A DNA stretch of 64,000 nucleotides, from the IMG/VR virus record IMGVR_UViG_3300034073_002480, positions 32,001-96,000 of that record, one strand, 5' to 3'. The stretch is from a virus. The notes under the pieces are model-generated. The model did not search any database. It was not told the origin of the DNA and saw only the letters and a program-made list of their open reading frames with translations. Positions 39,928-51,126 of this stretch are shown piece after piece. The position numbers were made by a program, and so were the translations under genes. Position 1 is the first letter of the stretch; every line of letters begins with the position of its first letter.

Positions 39928-41249
39928 TATAAATCTCTGATGGTTGTTGTTGTGTGGAAAATGCTGTGTCTGTTGTGATACAGATGTTTGATTGATGTAC
40001 GGATCAATTCTTCGTAACTAACACCTGTTTCTTCACTCATAATCTGCAATAAACCAAGATCAGTGAAGTTAAGCTCTATTGTTTCAGGTAAAGATAGAGG
40101 CTCAAAAGGTCGTGTGTAAGTAATCGGTTCAGGCATCTGGTTCTACCAAATAACGACAAAAATGGTGGTCTTCAATGTGCTGGTCTTCAAGGCGTATAAC
40201 CCAAGTATAGCAGTCAACACGTTTGCCTAACTTAGCAGGAAGATCAAGTTTACGTCTGACAATCTCTATATAATCCCAAGGTTCATAGTTGTTACAGGAC
40301 TGTAAGTCCTCTACTGTTACTTCTACTTCTAAGGTCTGTGACCATTTACCCGATGGTTTGAATAGGTCAACCACAAGCTTACCTACAATTTCAGTCCCAG
40401 TCATTGTACCAAATCTCCGTTTCTTTTTCTTTTGTACCAGACTTTCTTGAAGCAGGTGTTGGTTTTTTGCCAAAACAATAGTATTGTACAGCAACAACTA
40501 TAAGATCAAACACAGCTTTGCAGATAATAAAAGCTATATACACAAGATAGCAGATAAATACAAACCGAAAAAATTGCATTAGAATTTCAAACATAGTACC
40601 TACCAATTGTCATAGTCACTAATGTCAACTTCATACTTGACAATATAGCCTAATCCAGTAGGTGTAACTCTGTAAATTCCATCAGCACTAATACTCAACG
40701 GCTCTGTAAGCCAAATAGGTTTGCTGTCACGATATTGATACTGCACAGCATACTGCCCTGTACCTTTACAGATGTCATGTATAATGTAACGATCTCCACC
40801 ACCAATAGCACCAAGATAAGGTTCATACACATCTTGATCTAAAAGGTCAGCAACATAACCCAAACTCCTATGTTTGTCAGGGTCTCTTCTGTACTTAGCG
40901 GCTTGTTCTTCCGCCAGCGCACGTTTCAGTGGTTGTCGGTATAGCCGTGCCAACTCTTCTTGTTCTGGCGTGGCTAACCAGTCTATAACATGCTCACCAT
41001 TAGTGAACTCAATATGTAGCATAGATGAACCCTTTTAGTAATAGTTCTTGTTTTGTGTGTTGTTGTGATTGCAATTCTAGCATAACGTCATCTATTATAG
41101 TTGTCTTGCACGAAAAATCACATTGGTACATAGAACGCATAAGACTGCAATGTAGTTTTACACGTACTGTCTGGTTATCATACAGAAAGACCGTAGAAGA
41201 GAGTAATGATGGTCAACTATAAGTCTTTGTTGTTACCAACGTTCTTTTT

Positions 41250-41810
41250 CTACGGTTTATATTCTCTATAAATGTTTTGCCAAGGTTTACCCACTTTTTT
41301 ACAATACCGCAAAGCATTGTATGTCCCTCCCTTCTGCGATGCAGGGTTTAGATAAAAAACAGTTGCATCACTGTTGTCAATCATATACTGGTTACGCCAT
41401 TGTAGTTTGGAGACATGATACTGACCCACTGGCAACCCATATTTTGTTTTGTAATAAGGTTCAGTGTCTACAACAGTGATATCTGTCGCATAGTCCATAT
41501 GCTGCAACAAAATCTGACGAAACTTATTAGAGTCCCATCGTTCTGTGAATAAATCATAGCTATACGGCAAACAAATATGCAATGGCAAACCTACCTCAAT
41601 AGCAAACTGTTGTGCAGCAAGGTCAAAACCAATCTGACCACCACATACAAAACCAGCGATGTTAGAAAGGTGGTATTTACCAGCAGACTCGGTGCTGAAA
41701 AATATATGCAGTTTCTGTTTCAAGAAAGACAAGAAGCCTAGCATTTCAGACTCGCCTAGCTTCTCTGTAGATGGGAATCTATGACCACTAAACGCTATAA
41801 TTTGTGCCAT
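41250..41810 (-). CDS. SLOG-family (YspA/DUF1273-like) protein
   Basis: IAFSGHR, GGQIGFD, RNQYMIDNSD, GGTYN. Confidence 0.75.
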   Translation of the reverse strand: MAQIIAFSGHRFPSTEKLGESEMLGFLSFLKQKLHIFFSTESAGKYHLSNIAGFVCGGQIGFDLAAQQFAIEVGLPLHICLPYSYDLFTERWDSNKFRQILLQHMDYATDITVVDTEPYYKTKYGLPVGQYHVSKLQWRNQYMIDNSDATVFYLNPASQKGGTYNALRYCKKVGKPWQNIYREYKP

Positions 41811-42250
41811 CAGAAATCAGCCTCGTAGCCAGATAATGCTAACCAAAAACAATCTTGTGCCACAGCTTGCAGGTTTTCACCACACCAATTTGTTTCTTCT
41901 GTTTTGGTTAGCGCACGTTTGTACTCATACCTCAGTGTGTAGAGAAATAAACGCCAGCCTTGTTGCATACTCTGTGTTTTTGTGAACCACCAAGTCTGCT
42001 GTGGATTCTGTATGTTTTCATGCATAATATTGTTGACCCGTTAATTCATCTGTAATCAAACCAAACATTGAGTTATCATCGATAAATCTACGCTCTTGCG
42101 GTGTCATGGAATTATAACAGTCGCGCATATCAGCCTCAGCTTCCTCAACATACTCTATAGCCATCATGTACAATCTATACACAAGAGGATTACAGGATAA
42201 CACTAGGAAAGGTATGTTGATCAATTCTACAGAATGACCTAAACCTAAAC

Positions 42251-43327
42251 TCATAAAGAAAAGTCTCCAAGCTCTACAGTTTTAGTTTTATCGATACCAC
42301 CACCAGTAAGATAGGAAGTTAGCTCCGTTTCTTGTGGTGCTGGTTGACTATCACCAGAATTTAACCATTTAGAAATCCAAGGTATAGGATTGTTTGTAGG
42401 TACATCATATAAAGACTCCAAACCAATAGCTCGTAACCTGTGATTACACAACCACTTAATATATAAGGTAAGAATCTCAGGATTAATACCCAACATATTA
42501 CCTTTCACAAACAAATATCTAGCCCACTCAACTTCTTGGTTTACAGCTTCCTGAAACATAGAAATAACTGTAGGTTGCTGCTCTTGAATAACTTCTTGGA
42601 ACAAACCGTCTTCTTGTTTTAACGAGTTTAGTAAATACTGGCTTACTTGTAAATGGCAGTTCTCATCCTGTGCGATCTTAGATAGGATTTTAGCACTTCC
42701 TAACATCTTGCCAAGTTCACCAAATGCAAATGAACAAGCAAAGGATACGTAAAAGCGTAGTCCTTCCAAAATATTTGTTGAAACTAAGGTCAAATATAAA
42801 GAGGTATAAAGAGCCTTTTTTTCTATGGTATCTGAGATATTTATAAGTTTGTTATATTGTTCACAAACAGTTAATGATCTTGCAAGAATTTCTTTTGTTG
42901 TCAAAATATCATCAAAAACAAGACTGGGGTTGGTATACACATTTTTTATTATGTATGTGTAACTACGACTATGGATGTTCTCAAAAAACTGCCAGATATT
43001 TAAGCAAGATTCAAGTTCAGGTAAAGAGGCATATTGTCCTAATGATTGTAATATAGCTCGTCCTTGCACACTATCCAACAAAATCTGATACTGTAGATTA
43101 GACGTGAAGATATGACGTTCACCTTCAGAAAAATCTGCAAAATCTGATACATCTTTAGTAAGATCAAACTCTTCGGGAATCCAGAAATAACTTAACTGTC
43201 TCTTAGACAACACCTCTAACTTAGGATGTTTTTGAACATCATAACGTTGTAAACCTAGATCAGCCCCGAAAAATAGAGGCTGATTTAGATAATCGTTAGT
43301 GTTCTTGTAATTAATAACACTACGCAT
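42251..43327 (-). CDS. nrdB: Ribonucleotide reductase class Ia beta subunit
   Basis: FWIPEE, LLDSVQGR, ENIHSRSYT, EGLRFYVSF, DENCH, APQETE..SY. Confidence 0.95.
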   Translation of the reverse strand: MRSVINYKNTNDYLNQPLFFGADLGLQRYDVQKHPKLEVLSKRQLSYFWIPEEFDLTKDVSDFADFSEGERHIFTSNLQYQILLDSVQGRAILQSLGQYASLPELESCLNIWQFFENIHSRSYTYIIKNVYTNPSLVFDDILTTKEILARSLTVCEQYNKLINISDTIEKKALYTSLYLTLVSTNILEGLRFYVSFACSFAFGELGKMLGSAKILSKIAQDENCHLQVSQYLLNSLKQEDGLFQEVIQEQQPTVISMFQEAVNQEVEWARYLFVKGNMLGINPEILTLYIKWLCNHRLRAIGLESLYDVPTNNPIPWISKWLNSGDSQPAPQETELTSYLTGGGIDKTKTVELGDFSL

Positions 43328-43328
43328 A

Positions 43329-45557
43329 TTAGATTGCACAAGCTCCTGAATCACATCCTGATTCTGTTTGGTCTGAGTTCATGTCATAAGTATTGTGATA
43401 ATACAAAGTTTTGATACCCCACTTGTAAGCATTGAGAATGTCACGCAATACAATTTCCAACGGAATTTGTTGGTTATCATAGAAAAGAGGGTTATAATTA
43501 AGATTAGTAGAAATCGCTTGGTCAAAGAATTTCTGCATAATAGCTACAACTTTAAGATAACCTTCATTATTAGGGATAGACCACAAATACTGATACTCTA
43601 ACGTATTATATTCAGGTGTCAAGATTTTAATAACAGAAGATTTGGAACCTTTGTTCGTAAGAGCCTGTCTTGGTGGTTCAATACCATTAGTAGCATTAGC
43701 GCAAATTGCAGAACTTTCACTGGGCATAATTGCTGTGAGCGTTGAATTACGCAAACCATCCACAGCAATTCTGTGCCTAAGTTCCTCCCAATCATGTTGC
43801 AAATCAAAAGAAGCAAAAGAGTCTACATCTTTTTTGTAAGTATCTATTGGTAGCAATCCATGTGCGTACTTGGTTTCAGCAAATAAATCACAAGCACCTC
43901 TCTCTCTAGCAAGATTATTAGATGCTATTAACAACCAATACTGAGTAGATTCCGCAATTTGATGTACTTTTTCTCTGGTATGATTAGAGTCCCATTTTAA
44001 TCCATTTTTAGCTAACCAGTAAGCAAAATTGATGTACCCAACACCAATATTGCGCCGTAGAAGAGAAGATTTAGCTGCCATTGTAAATGGATACTCTTGG
44101 AGATCCACAATAGAATCAAGAGAACGCACAATAAGATCAGCAAGCTCTGGCATCTCTTTTTCTATGTTTGGATAACCAAGATTAAAAGCTGATAAAATAC
44201 AAGTTGCAATTTCACCGTTTGGATCATCTAGTGATTGGAAAGTCTCTGTTGGTAGCGTAATTTCGAGGCAGAGGTTGGATTGCCAAATCTTTCTAATAAA
44301 AGAACTGTGATAATTAGCATGATCAATGTTGAAAATATACAACCGACCTGTCTCTGATCTCTCCGTTACAATTTGCAGTAACAAGTCATAAGCATTTATA
44401 GTTGTGCGTGGTACAGAGGACTGCTCGTACTTCAAATATAAATCCTCAAATTCTGGCAAACCGAAAGCAGCTAATAAATCCTGTACATCATTAGGGTTAA
44501 ACAGACTTATATCTTGTTTTTTCAACGCACGGTCATAAAACAATCGTGATAATGCAATACCGTAGTCTAATTTCCTAGCACGATTCTCATCATTACCTTT
44601 ATTATTTTTGAGTACAAGGTATTGATCTACATCTGAATGCCAGAAAGGGTAGAAGAGAGTCGCTGACCCTTTTCTTAAACCACCTTGTGAGCATGAACCA
44701 ATAGTTGATTCAAACATCTTTACAAAACCAACAGCACCAGTATGTTTTACTTCACCATTACGAACAGTGGAACCTAAAGCTCTGATAGCACTGAAGTCCA
44801 AACCAATGCCAGCACGTTGAGCTACATATTTACCAAGCACAGTATTTGATGCAAAAATAGAATCTAAAGAATCATCTACACGAATCAACACACAACTTGA
44901 ATACTGCTTTGTTGGTGTTCGTACACCAGCAAGAATAGGAGTTGCAAGACTGATTTTGTGTAGTGAAATAGCGTCATAGTAGCGCCTTACATAGTCCAAT
45001 CTTGTCTCTTTTGGGTACTGTGAAAACAAGACAGCAGCAATCAAAATGTAAGCTACTTGTGGTGTTTCATGATAAGTTTGGTGTACACGATGACGAACCA
45101 AATATTTGTCGTAAACTTGCTTCAAACCAGCGTAGGTAAAATTGAAATCTCGTGTGTGGTCAATAAATGATTCAATTTCCAACCACTCGTCCATAGAATA
45201 AAGGGTTAGTAAGTCATCCTGATATAATTTCTCTTCTACGTTCTTGGTGATTAAACCCACCAAAGATGTTGGTTCAAATTGTTTATAGACTTTCTTACGA
45301 ATAGAGGTTAACAACAACCGTGCTGCTGCCCATTGATAATCAGGAGTACGCGGAGTTATAAGATCAACTGCTGATCTAATTAATAGATCTTGTATGGCAT
45401 CTGTTGTAATACCATCTGTAAACTGTAGACGTGCATTCATTTCGATCTGTGAAATTGATACGTTTTCCACACCAGCACAACATACGGAAAGCATTGAATG
45501 TATCTTTTCTACGTTGAGGTTTTCTGTAGTACCGTCTCGCTTCGTTACAGTTAGCAT
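43329..45557 (-). CDS. nrdA: Ribonucleotide reductase class Ia alpha subunit with ATP cone
   Basis: VTKRDG, SSC, QGGLRKG, SNLCLEI, TCIL, KTLYY, C-terminal CDSGAC. Confidence 0.95.
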   Translation of the reverse strand: MLTVTKRDGTTENLNVEKIHSMLSVCCAGVENVSISQIEMNARLQFTDGITTDAIQDLLIRSAVDLITPRTPDYQWAAARLLLTSIRKKVYKQFEPTSLVGLITKNVEEKLYQDDLLTLYSMDEWLEIESFIDHTRDFNFTYAGLKQVYDKYLVRHRVHQTYHETPQVAYILIAAVLFSQYPKETRLDYVRRYYDAISLHKISLATPILAGVRTPTKQYSSCVLIRVDDSLDSIFASNTVLGKYVAQRAGIGLDFSAIRALGSTVRNGEVKHTGAVGFVKMFESTIGSCSQGGLRKGSATLFYPFWHSDVDQYLVLKNNKGNDENRARKLDYGIALSRLFYDRALKKQDISLFNPNDVQDLLAAFGLPEFEDLYLKYEQSSVPRTTINAYDLLLQIVTERSETGRLYIFNIDHANYHSSFIRKIWQSNLCLEITLPTETFQSLDDPNGEIATCILSAFNLGYPNIEKEMPELADLIVRSLDSIVDLQEYPFTMAAKSSLLRRNIGVGYINFAYWLAKNGLKWDSNHTREKVHQIAESTQYWLLIASNNLARERGACDLFAETKYAHGLLPIDTYKKDVDSFASFDLQHDWEELRHRIAVDGLRNSTLTAIMPSESSAICANATNGIEPPRQALTNKGSKSSVIKILTPEYNTLEYQYLWSIPNNEGYLKVVAIMQKFFDQAISTNLNYNPLFYDNQQIPLEIVLRDILNAYKWGIKTLYYHNTYDMNSDQTESGCDSGACAI

Positions 45558-46873
45558 TTATACCTCTTGTTCTAGTGTAAGTTCTTGTGGGATATCGGAG
45601 TCAGGTGTAAGTAGCAAAACACGACCACCTTGTGCCAGTACTTGTTTGATTTGAATAGCAATATCAAACTCTTCTCGTGAAAAAGGTAGATTATAGTACA
45701 GAGTTTTATCTGGTGTATAGTCTAAAACCTGATCCAAATTACCTTCTGTGATTAAACGTAAATATTCAAGTTCATCGCCAGTAGGTTGTAATGTAATAGT
45801 TAGATAATCATGTATCATATTTGTTGATTCTTGAGATTAGTTGTTCGATGATAGGCACATACATACAGCCAGCTTTGTAATAACCATCAACATACGCTTT
45901 GGCAAACGCAAGATCTGGTGACGCACGAAAAATAGTTGCATAGTGCTGCAACTGTTCGTGTGATGGGCTTATACCTTTTATTCTGTTATTGAACTCTATC
46001 TCTGGCAACATACTTAGCGGTTGGATATAGTTTCTTTATTATACCATCTATTTTGGTAATATCAACTGTGCTAGGTAGTTTGTCAGTAAGGACTTCAATG
46101 TAGTTATTAGGTATAAACCGTAACCACAAAAACGGTGACTCTTTTCGGGACTCTTGGTGTTTATAGAATCTAGACATGAGAAAAGTATATCACACAAACA
46201 TACACTCTTCAATATACAGAGAATCAAAAGTGTCAAGATAGTCAATCTTAAGCTCTTCTAACCTAACTCGGTCAAAAGAAGTTAATATTGATTGCAATGG
46301 CTGGTCACTACCTATCCTTCTACCAACAAGAATATATAACCGTTCAGTAGATTCAAGCTGAGTCCGAAGTTTATCAAAATATGTAATTTTAAGATTATTT
46401 ATAATGCGAAAAACAGCTTCAGGAGATTGGTAATTGTTAATACTCCTTGCTAATGCCTCATCGTACTCTTTAAATATTTTCATTGCTCTCTACCATTTGT
46501 TATAACATAGGTTCTAACCATTCAACTTTTAGTCTTAGATCATCAAAGTGAGTATATTTTGCAGACTCTAAAGATTTTATAATCAAAAGACCTGTTTGTT
46601 CAGAGAACTCGTCTTCGAGGTCAAACCATTCATACCCATCATCAGAAAACTGAATAACGTAAGCTTCCTGTGTATGTTTACTACCTTTAAAGGGCTGATA
46701 ATCTAGACGGTATTGTATCATTATTATCCTACCATGTGTTTATCTAGTTTCCACTCAGTGTTCAGCACAACAACCAGATTCTCCAATGTATCTGCAAAGT
46801 ACATATAACCTTCACAGATACAACAGTAGACTGGTTCATCAAAGCTTGTAGAGTCATAAAAGATGTTCATATG

Positions 46874-47692
46874 TCAACTCATTACAAATTTAGTAAAAGA
46901 TACAGTAAGAATAGGAAAATCCTTCTTACTATAGACAGCAACCTTAGCTTGATTACCATTGACAATACGGTAGTCTTTCATAATAGGTTCTTGAGTCATA
47001 GCTTTGTAGGTTTCAGCGACTACTCTACCAAAGCCTTTCATCTTGTTGGAGTCAAGTTTAACACCTTTGAACTCAGCAAGCCACTCAGTTAGCGACCATG
47101 TTTGGATATCTGCTGGTGCAAGAATGTACTCTTCTTCAAGACGATCAGCTTCAGATTTTTCGATCTCTTTAATCAACAAAGTCACACCGTTCATAGATTC
47201 ATCAGCAACACGTTTTACTGTGCGCCACGACTTAACCTCTTGCGTCAAACTATCAACACTGTTAATCAAGGAATTGACTGTAGTTGTGAGAGATCGGATG
47301 TCACTGTCTTCAGCAAAACCAGTAACTTGCTTGATCCAATTGTGTAGACCTATACTTGCAAACTGTCTTGCTGTAAATTTAGCGGTGTCATTAGCAGCAG
47401 ATGACTCGAATGCATAGTAGAAAATGATGTGTGATGCAGCCTCCGTTGTAACAATTCTAGCTTGTTGCTCCGAGGTTAGCCCCAAGTGGAAAAGCTCACC
47501 CTCAAACGTTTTCAGGATTTTTGAGGCTTGTTTTGCCCTATCGCCCGTCAGCATTTTTCTCACAGTGCTTACATCAACACCACACAATCTTGCCAACCCA
47601 GAGATAGATACACCCGTTTGTGCGCCATCTTTTGACACATAAAACTCAATACCATTCTCATCAACTACAGGCTTTACGATTTCAGTTTGCAT
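46874..47692 (-). CDS. HTH DNA-binding / antirepressor-like protein of cyanobacterial mobile-element type
   Basis: GIEFYV...SISGLARLCGV (HTH), YYAFES, IGLHNWIK, coiled coil. Confidence 0.6.
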   Translation of the reverse strand: MQTEIVKPVVDENGIEFYVSKDGAQTGVSISGLARLCGVDVSTVRKMLTGDRAKQASKILKTFEGELFHLGLTSEQQARIVTTEAASHIIFYYAFESSAANDTAKFTARQFASIGLHNWIKQVTGFAEDSDIRSLTTTVNSLINSVDSLTQEVKSWRTVKRVADESMNGVTLLIKEIEKSEADRLEEEYILAPADIQTWSLTEWLAEFKGVKLDSNKMKGFGRVVAETYKAMTQEPIMKDYRIVNGNQAKVAVYSKKDFPILTVSFTKFVMS

Positions 47693-47722
47693 AATTTTTT
47701 GTCGTTTTTAATTTACTTCTTT

Positions 47723-47733
47723 AGTATAACACA
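47723..47733 (-). promoter_or_regulatory. Extended -10 promoter (TGTGTTATACT)
   Basis: In the intergenic gap about 30 nt upstream of ATG 47692. Confidence 0.55.
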
Positions 47734-47758
47734 CTTTTTGAAGTTAAGTGCATTAAGT

Positions 47759-50491
47759 TTAGTGAACATCTGCCCAAGTCTTGCCAATCATATATTCCGC
47801 AGTTAAAGGTACGTTAAGTTTATAATACTGACCAGCTTTTTCAACAGCTTGAAGTGCTAAATCTCCTGCTATAGAATAATAAATCTCATAACCGTCTTGA
47901 ATCTGATGTGTAGCTGACCAGTTAGGGTTATCAACACGAAACTCACGAATTTCTTGCAAAACCGTAGAAGAGAAAGGTTTACCTTTTTTATTATATTCCC
48001 ATTCAGTTACAGGAAAAAACTTGTGCGTGACTAAATCAACCGTTAGTTCATGCTCGGCTTCATCATGCATAGAGATGGTTTGCTGTGCATAGGATTTGTT
48101 TCTGTAATCTTCACTCCAAAAATCACAAATCAAACCTACTGTTCTCAGCATACGATCATGTATAACCATTGCACGTTTAGCACAGATAACACCTGCTGAT
48201 TGAAACAAAGCATTGATCAGTGAAGATTTAGAACGTGTTGGGATTTTACGACCATCAAGACCTAAAATAAACTTTTGCTGACCAATCTTTTGCCAATATT
48301 CTTCAAGCTTAGTTTTAAGTAAAGCTAAAGGTTTGGCGGATTCCCAGTAGGTTTCATGCACAAGTTTACCTGTATCTACATCTACACCAATAGTCTGCGC
48401 TACTTTTTTAGGACTACCTCCATATGCACAACAGTAGGCAACGGATTTTGCAGGATCTCTTTTAAACTCATAACCAATAACCTCTGATATTTTTCTAGCT
48501 GTAATAGTATGACAATCTTGCCCTAAATCTTTATCACCTAGTAACGAATTGCAGTAAGGTTGTCCCTCAGTGTCATATCTAAATACATAGTGAGCTTGGA
48601 TTCTAGACTCAAGCGCTCCGAAGTCGTATCCCTGTAAATAACAGTTATCCTCTACACCAAATAAAGATCTCATGTTCTCACCATACAAAGATGAAACTCT
48701 TGGGATATTGCATATCACACGATGCTTCATGCGAGAAGTATTACAACCGTTAGAGTCTGCTGGCGAGGGAATCCTACCATCCTCATAGATACGAGAACTA
48801 GCTAGAAAACCTGCATCTGGTTCATCATCATCATTAAAATCATCATCAGGATCATAGGTATCAAACACAAAACCATTAGATGCAATACTGTTTCTTCTAT
48901 GATTGTAGGTCAGATATTCTGACACTTGTTTTGCATACGGAAACTTATCTGCAATCGCAGAAATAGCAGGATCAATTTCTTTTGACATACCAACCGTTAA
49001 AGAAGGGTTAGTATATACTTTCAAAGGTCGGTCTAACCTATGATTGAGTACCTTATTAATAAACTGTGTATTACTACGAACATCCAATTTCTCGAATCTA
49101 AACTTCTTGAATGGTGACACCAATGTCTGATCAATATATCGTTGAGCAGTTTCTTGATATTTTTCAGGTGTTAATTTCTTCTTTTTGGTATCAACTGTAA
49201 GGTCTTTTTCTTTCCACTGTGTAGGTATCCAGCCCATACTACATAACCAACCTTTAAGATGAGTTACGTCTTGGATCGAAGCTGGTTCTTGCTGACGCAA
49301 AGGTTCTGTTGCTATAGGCAAAGCATAATCATTCCCTTCTATGTTGGCGTACCATTGGTCATTATTGTAGTGTAAAAAACCGTTATGCTTTTGTACCCAA
49401 TTCTCAATGTTCACAGATAAAGTTGGTATGCAAGAAAACGGCACTGTATCTTGCTCTAATGGAACCGTAGAAGAAAATGAGTATAATGAGTCATCAATAC
49501 GCAACCACAATACACCACTAGTATCTTCAACAGGTACGTCACTGTAATCCTCTATAATCCCACCAACGGCTTCTGCATACCGCAACATAGCTTGTGATGG
49601 TGAGCCGTCTTTCTTGATTTGTACTTTAGGTACTTGTGGTGCTTTCTCGTAGATTAATTGTCGTGCAGGTGGAGTCCACAGTTTCAGTTTAGCTTGTGTT
49701 AATGGTTTAGCTGGTATTACAGGTTCTACAAGTTCCCTGAGAGTTTGCATTTTACCGTCAAGATCTACAAGAAGTTCCTGCGCTAACTTAATGTCAAACT
49801 TGAAACCTCTATGTGATTGCTTGGTAATAATATCACGTACAGCTTGTTCTAACAACAAAGCAGAGTGCCAATTCCAGCCTTCCATCTCTCTTTCTAAGTG
49901 TAAAAACAATCGTGCAGTAATAGCAACGTCTGTCCTACAATAGACAAGCATCTCAGGATGGTAGACACGGAACTCTGCACCTTTGGGGTCGGACTTTATA
50001 ATCAGCCCTAAGTCTATAGCTTTTTGTCGCCAGTTGATTTTAGGGAAACCAAATTCTTCACCCCAAGATTCCAAACTATGACCACCATATCGTTCAGAGT
50101 TGAGCAGTTTAGACATCACCAATGTGTCACGAAACACAATAGGTTTGCCATTGAACATATCTTGTTCAGATGGATCACCAGCTACAAAATAGTCAATACC
50201 GAAGTAAGCTTTCAAAACTAACCAGTCATAATCTAAACCATTTTGTGCAATAAAAAGTTCAACATCTGCATCTATAAAACAAAGCACATCATATGCAAAG
50301 TCTTCATGTGTTGCATAATCTGTACGAACAAAATTTACTTGCTGACCTGTATCAAGGTCAAGAAAACAGATACAGTGGATAACAAAGTTGTCTTTGATTT
50401 TATAAGGTGATTGTGTATAGTCTACTGATGTGTGATCCAAAAGCCCAGACGCTTCAATATCGAACGCCCATCTACCTTGTGTTTGTATCAT
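47759..50491 (-). CDS. Family A DNA polymerase with 3'-5' exonuclease
   Basis: FDIEASGL (ExoI), NGLDYD, YCRTD, YDFGALESR (motif A), RDPAKSVAY (motif B), MHDE (motif C). Confidence 0.93.
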   Translation of the reverse strand: MIQTQGRWAFDIEASGLLDHTSVDYTQSPYKIKDNFVIHCICFLDLDTGQQVNFVRTDYATHEDFAYDVLCFIDADVELFIAQNGLDYDWLVLKAYFGIDYFVAGDPSEQDMFNGKPIVFRDTLVMSKLLNSERYGGHSLESWGEEFGFPKINWRQKAIDLGLIIKSDPKGAEFRVYHPEMLVYCRTDVAITARLFLHLEREMEGWNWHSALLLEQAVRDIITKQSHRGFKFDIKLAQELLVDLDGKMQTLRELVEPVIPAKPLTQAKLKLWTPPARQLIYEKAPQVPKVQIKKDGSPSQAMLRYAEAVGGIIEDYSDVPVEDTSGVLWLRIDDSLYSFSSTVPLEQDTVPFSCIPTLSVNIENWVQKHNGFLHYNNDQWYANIEGNDYALPIATEPLRQQEPASIQDVTHLKGWLCSMGWIPTQWKEKDLTVDTKKKKLTPEKYQETAQRYIDQTLVSPFKKFRFEKLDVRSNTQFINKVLNHRLDRPLKVYTNPSLTVGMSKEIDPAISAIADKFPYAKQVSEYLTYNHRRNSIASNGFVFDTYDPDDDFNDDDEPDAGFLASSRIYEDGRIPSPADSNGCNTSRMKHRVICNIPRVSSLYGENMRSLFGVEDNCYLQGYDFGALESRIQAHYVFRYDTEGQPYCNSLLGDKDLGQDCHTITARKISEVIGYEFKRDPAKSVAYCCAYGGSPKKVAQTIGVDVDTGKLVHETYWESAKPLALLKTKLEEYWQKIGQQKFILGLDGRKIPTRSKSSLINALFQSAGVICAKRAMVIHDRMLRTVGLICDFWSEDYRNKSYAQQTISMHDEAEHELTVDLVTHKFFPVTEWEYNKKGKPFSSTVLQEIREFRVDNPNWSATHQIQDGYEIYYSIAGDLALQAVEKAGQYYKLNVPLTAEYMIGKTWADVH

Positions 50492-51126
50492 ATTTTTCTC
50501 TTGTACGTGCTAGAAAACATTCAGCATCAAATAGATCAAAATCAAAAAAGATAGCTCTAAAAACTTGACGAACAGATCTACGATCTATAATCTTTTTATC
50601 AGGGTTTTTCTTTTCATGTTCAAAGATTTTAGATTGAAAATACTCACAAACCTCCTCGTAACGATTAACCTTATGCTGCCAAATATCTGCATCTACTTGG
50701 TTGTCAAAGAAACGATCATCTGATGTTTTATAACCAGTAACCACAGATACTTGCTTGTAAACTGGTCTTGCAATGTTACTCATATACTTTTATATCTCTT
50801 TTTCTAGCTTGTTCTGTTCTACTCTTGGTTTTACATACAGGACAGATTTCATTGTCTGAAACTAAACTTGCATCACAAGCATAGCACCAGTATTTTTTAG
50901 AATACCGAGGTTTTTTCTTTTTCTCACGATTTGTGAGTGGTATTTGTAATTCATCATCCATTCTCTTCTTCAGATATAATCTCAAAATCTTCAACATCGT
51001 AGTCATCAATAAAAGCAACAGAAAAATCAGAAAATATCTGTTTCTTTAAATCTTTTTGGTTCTCGGCTTCATACTCTTTAGTAACTACACCAGTAAATAT
51101 GACACGGACTTTGTATGTTTTCATAG

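Noticed and set aside
42251-50491. Introns or inteins in nrdA, nrdB or the polymerase
   Set aside because: ORFs are continuous, of normal length and lack splicing motifs
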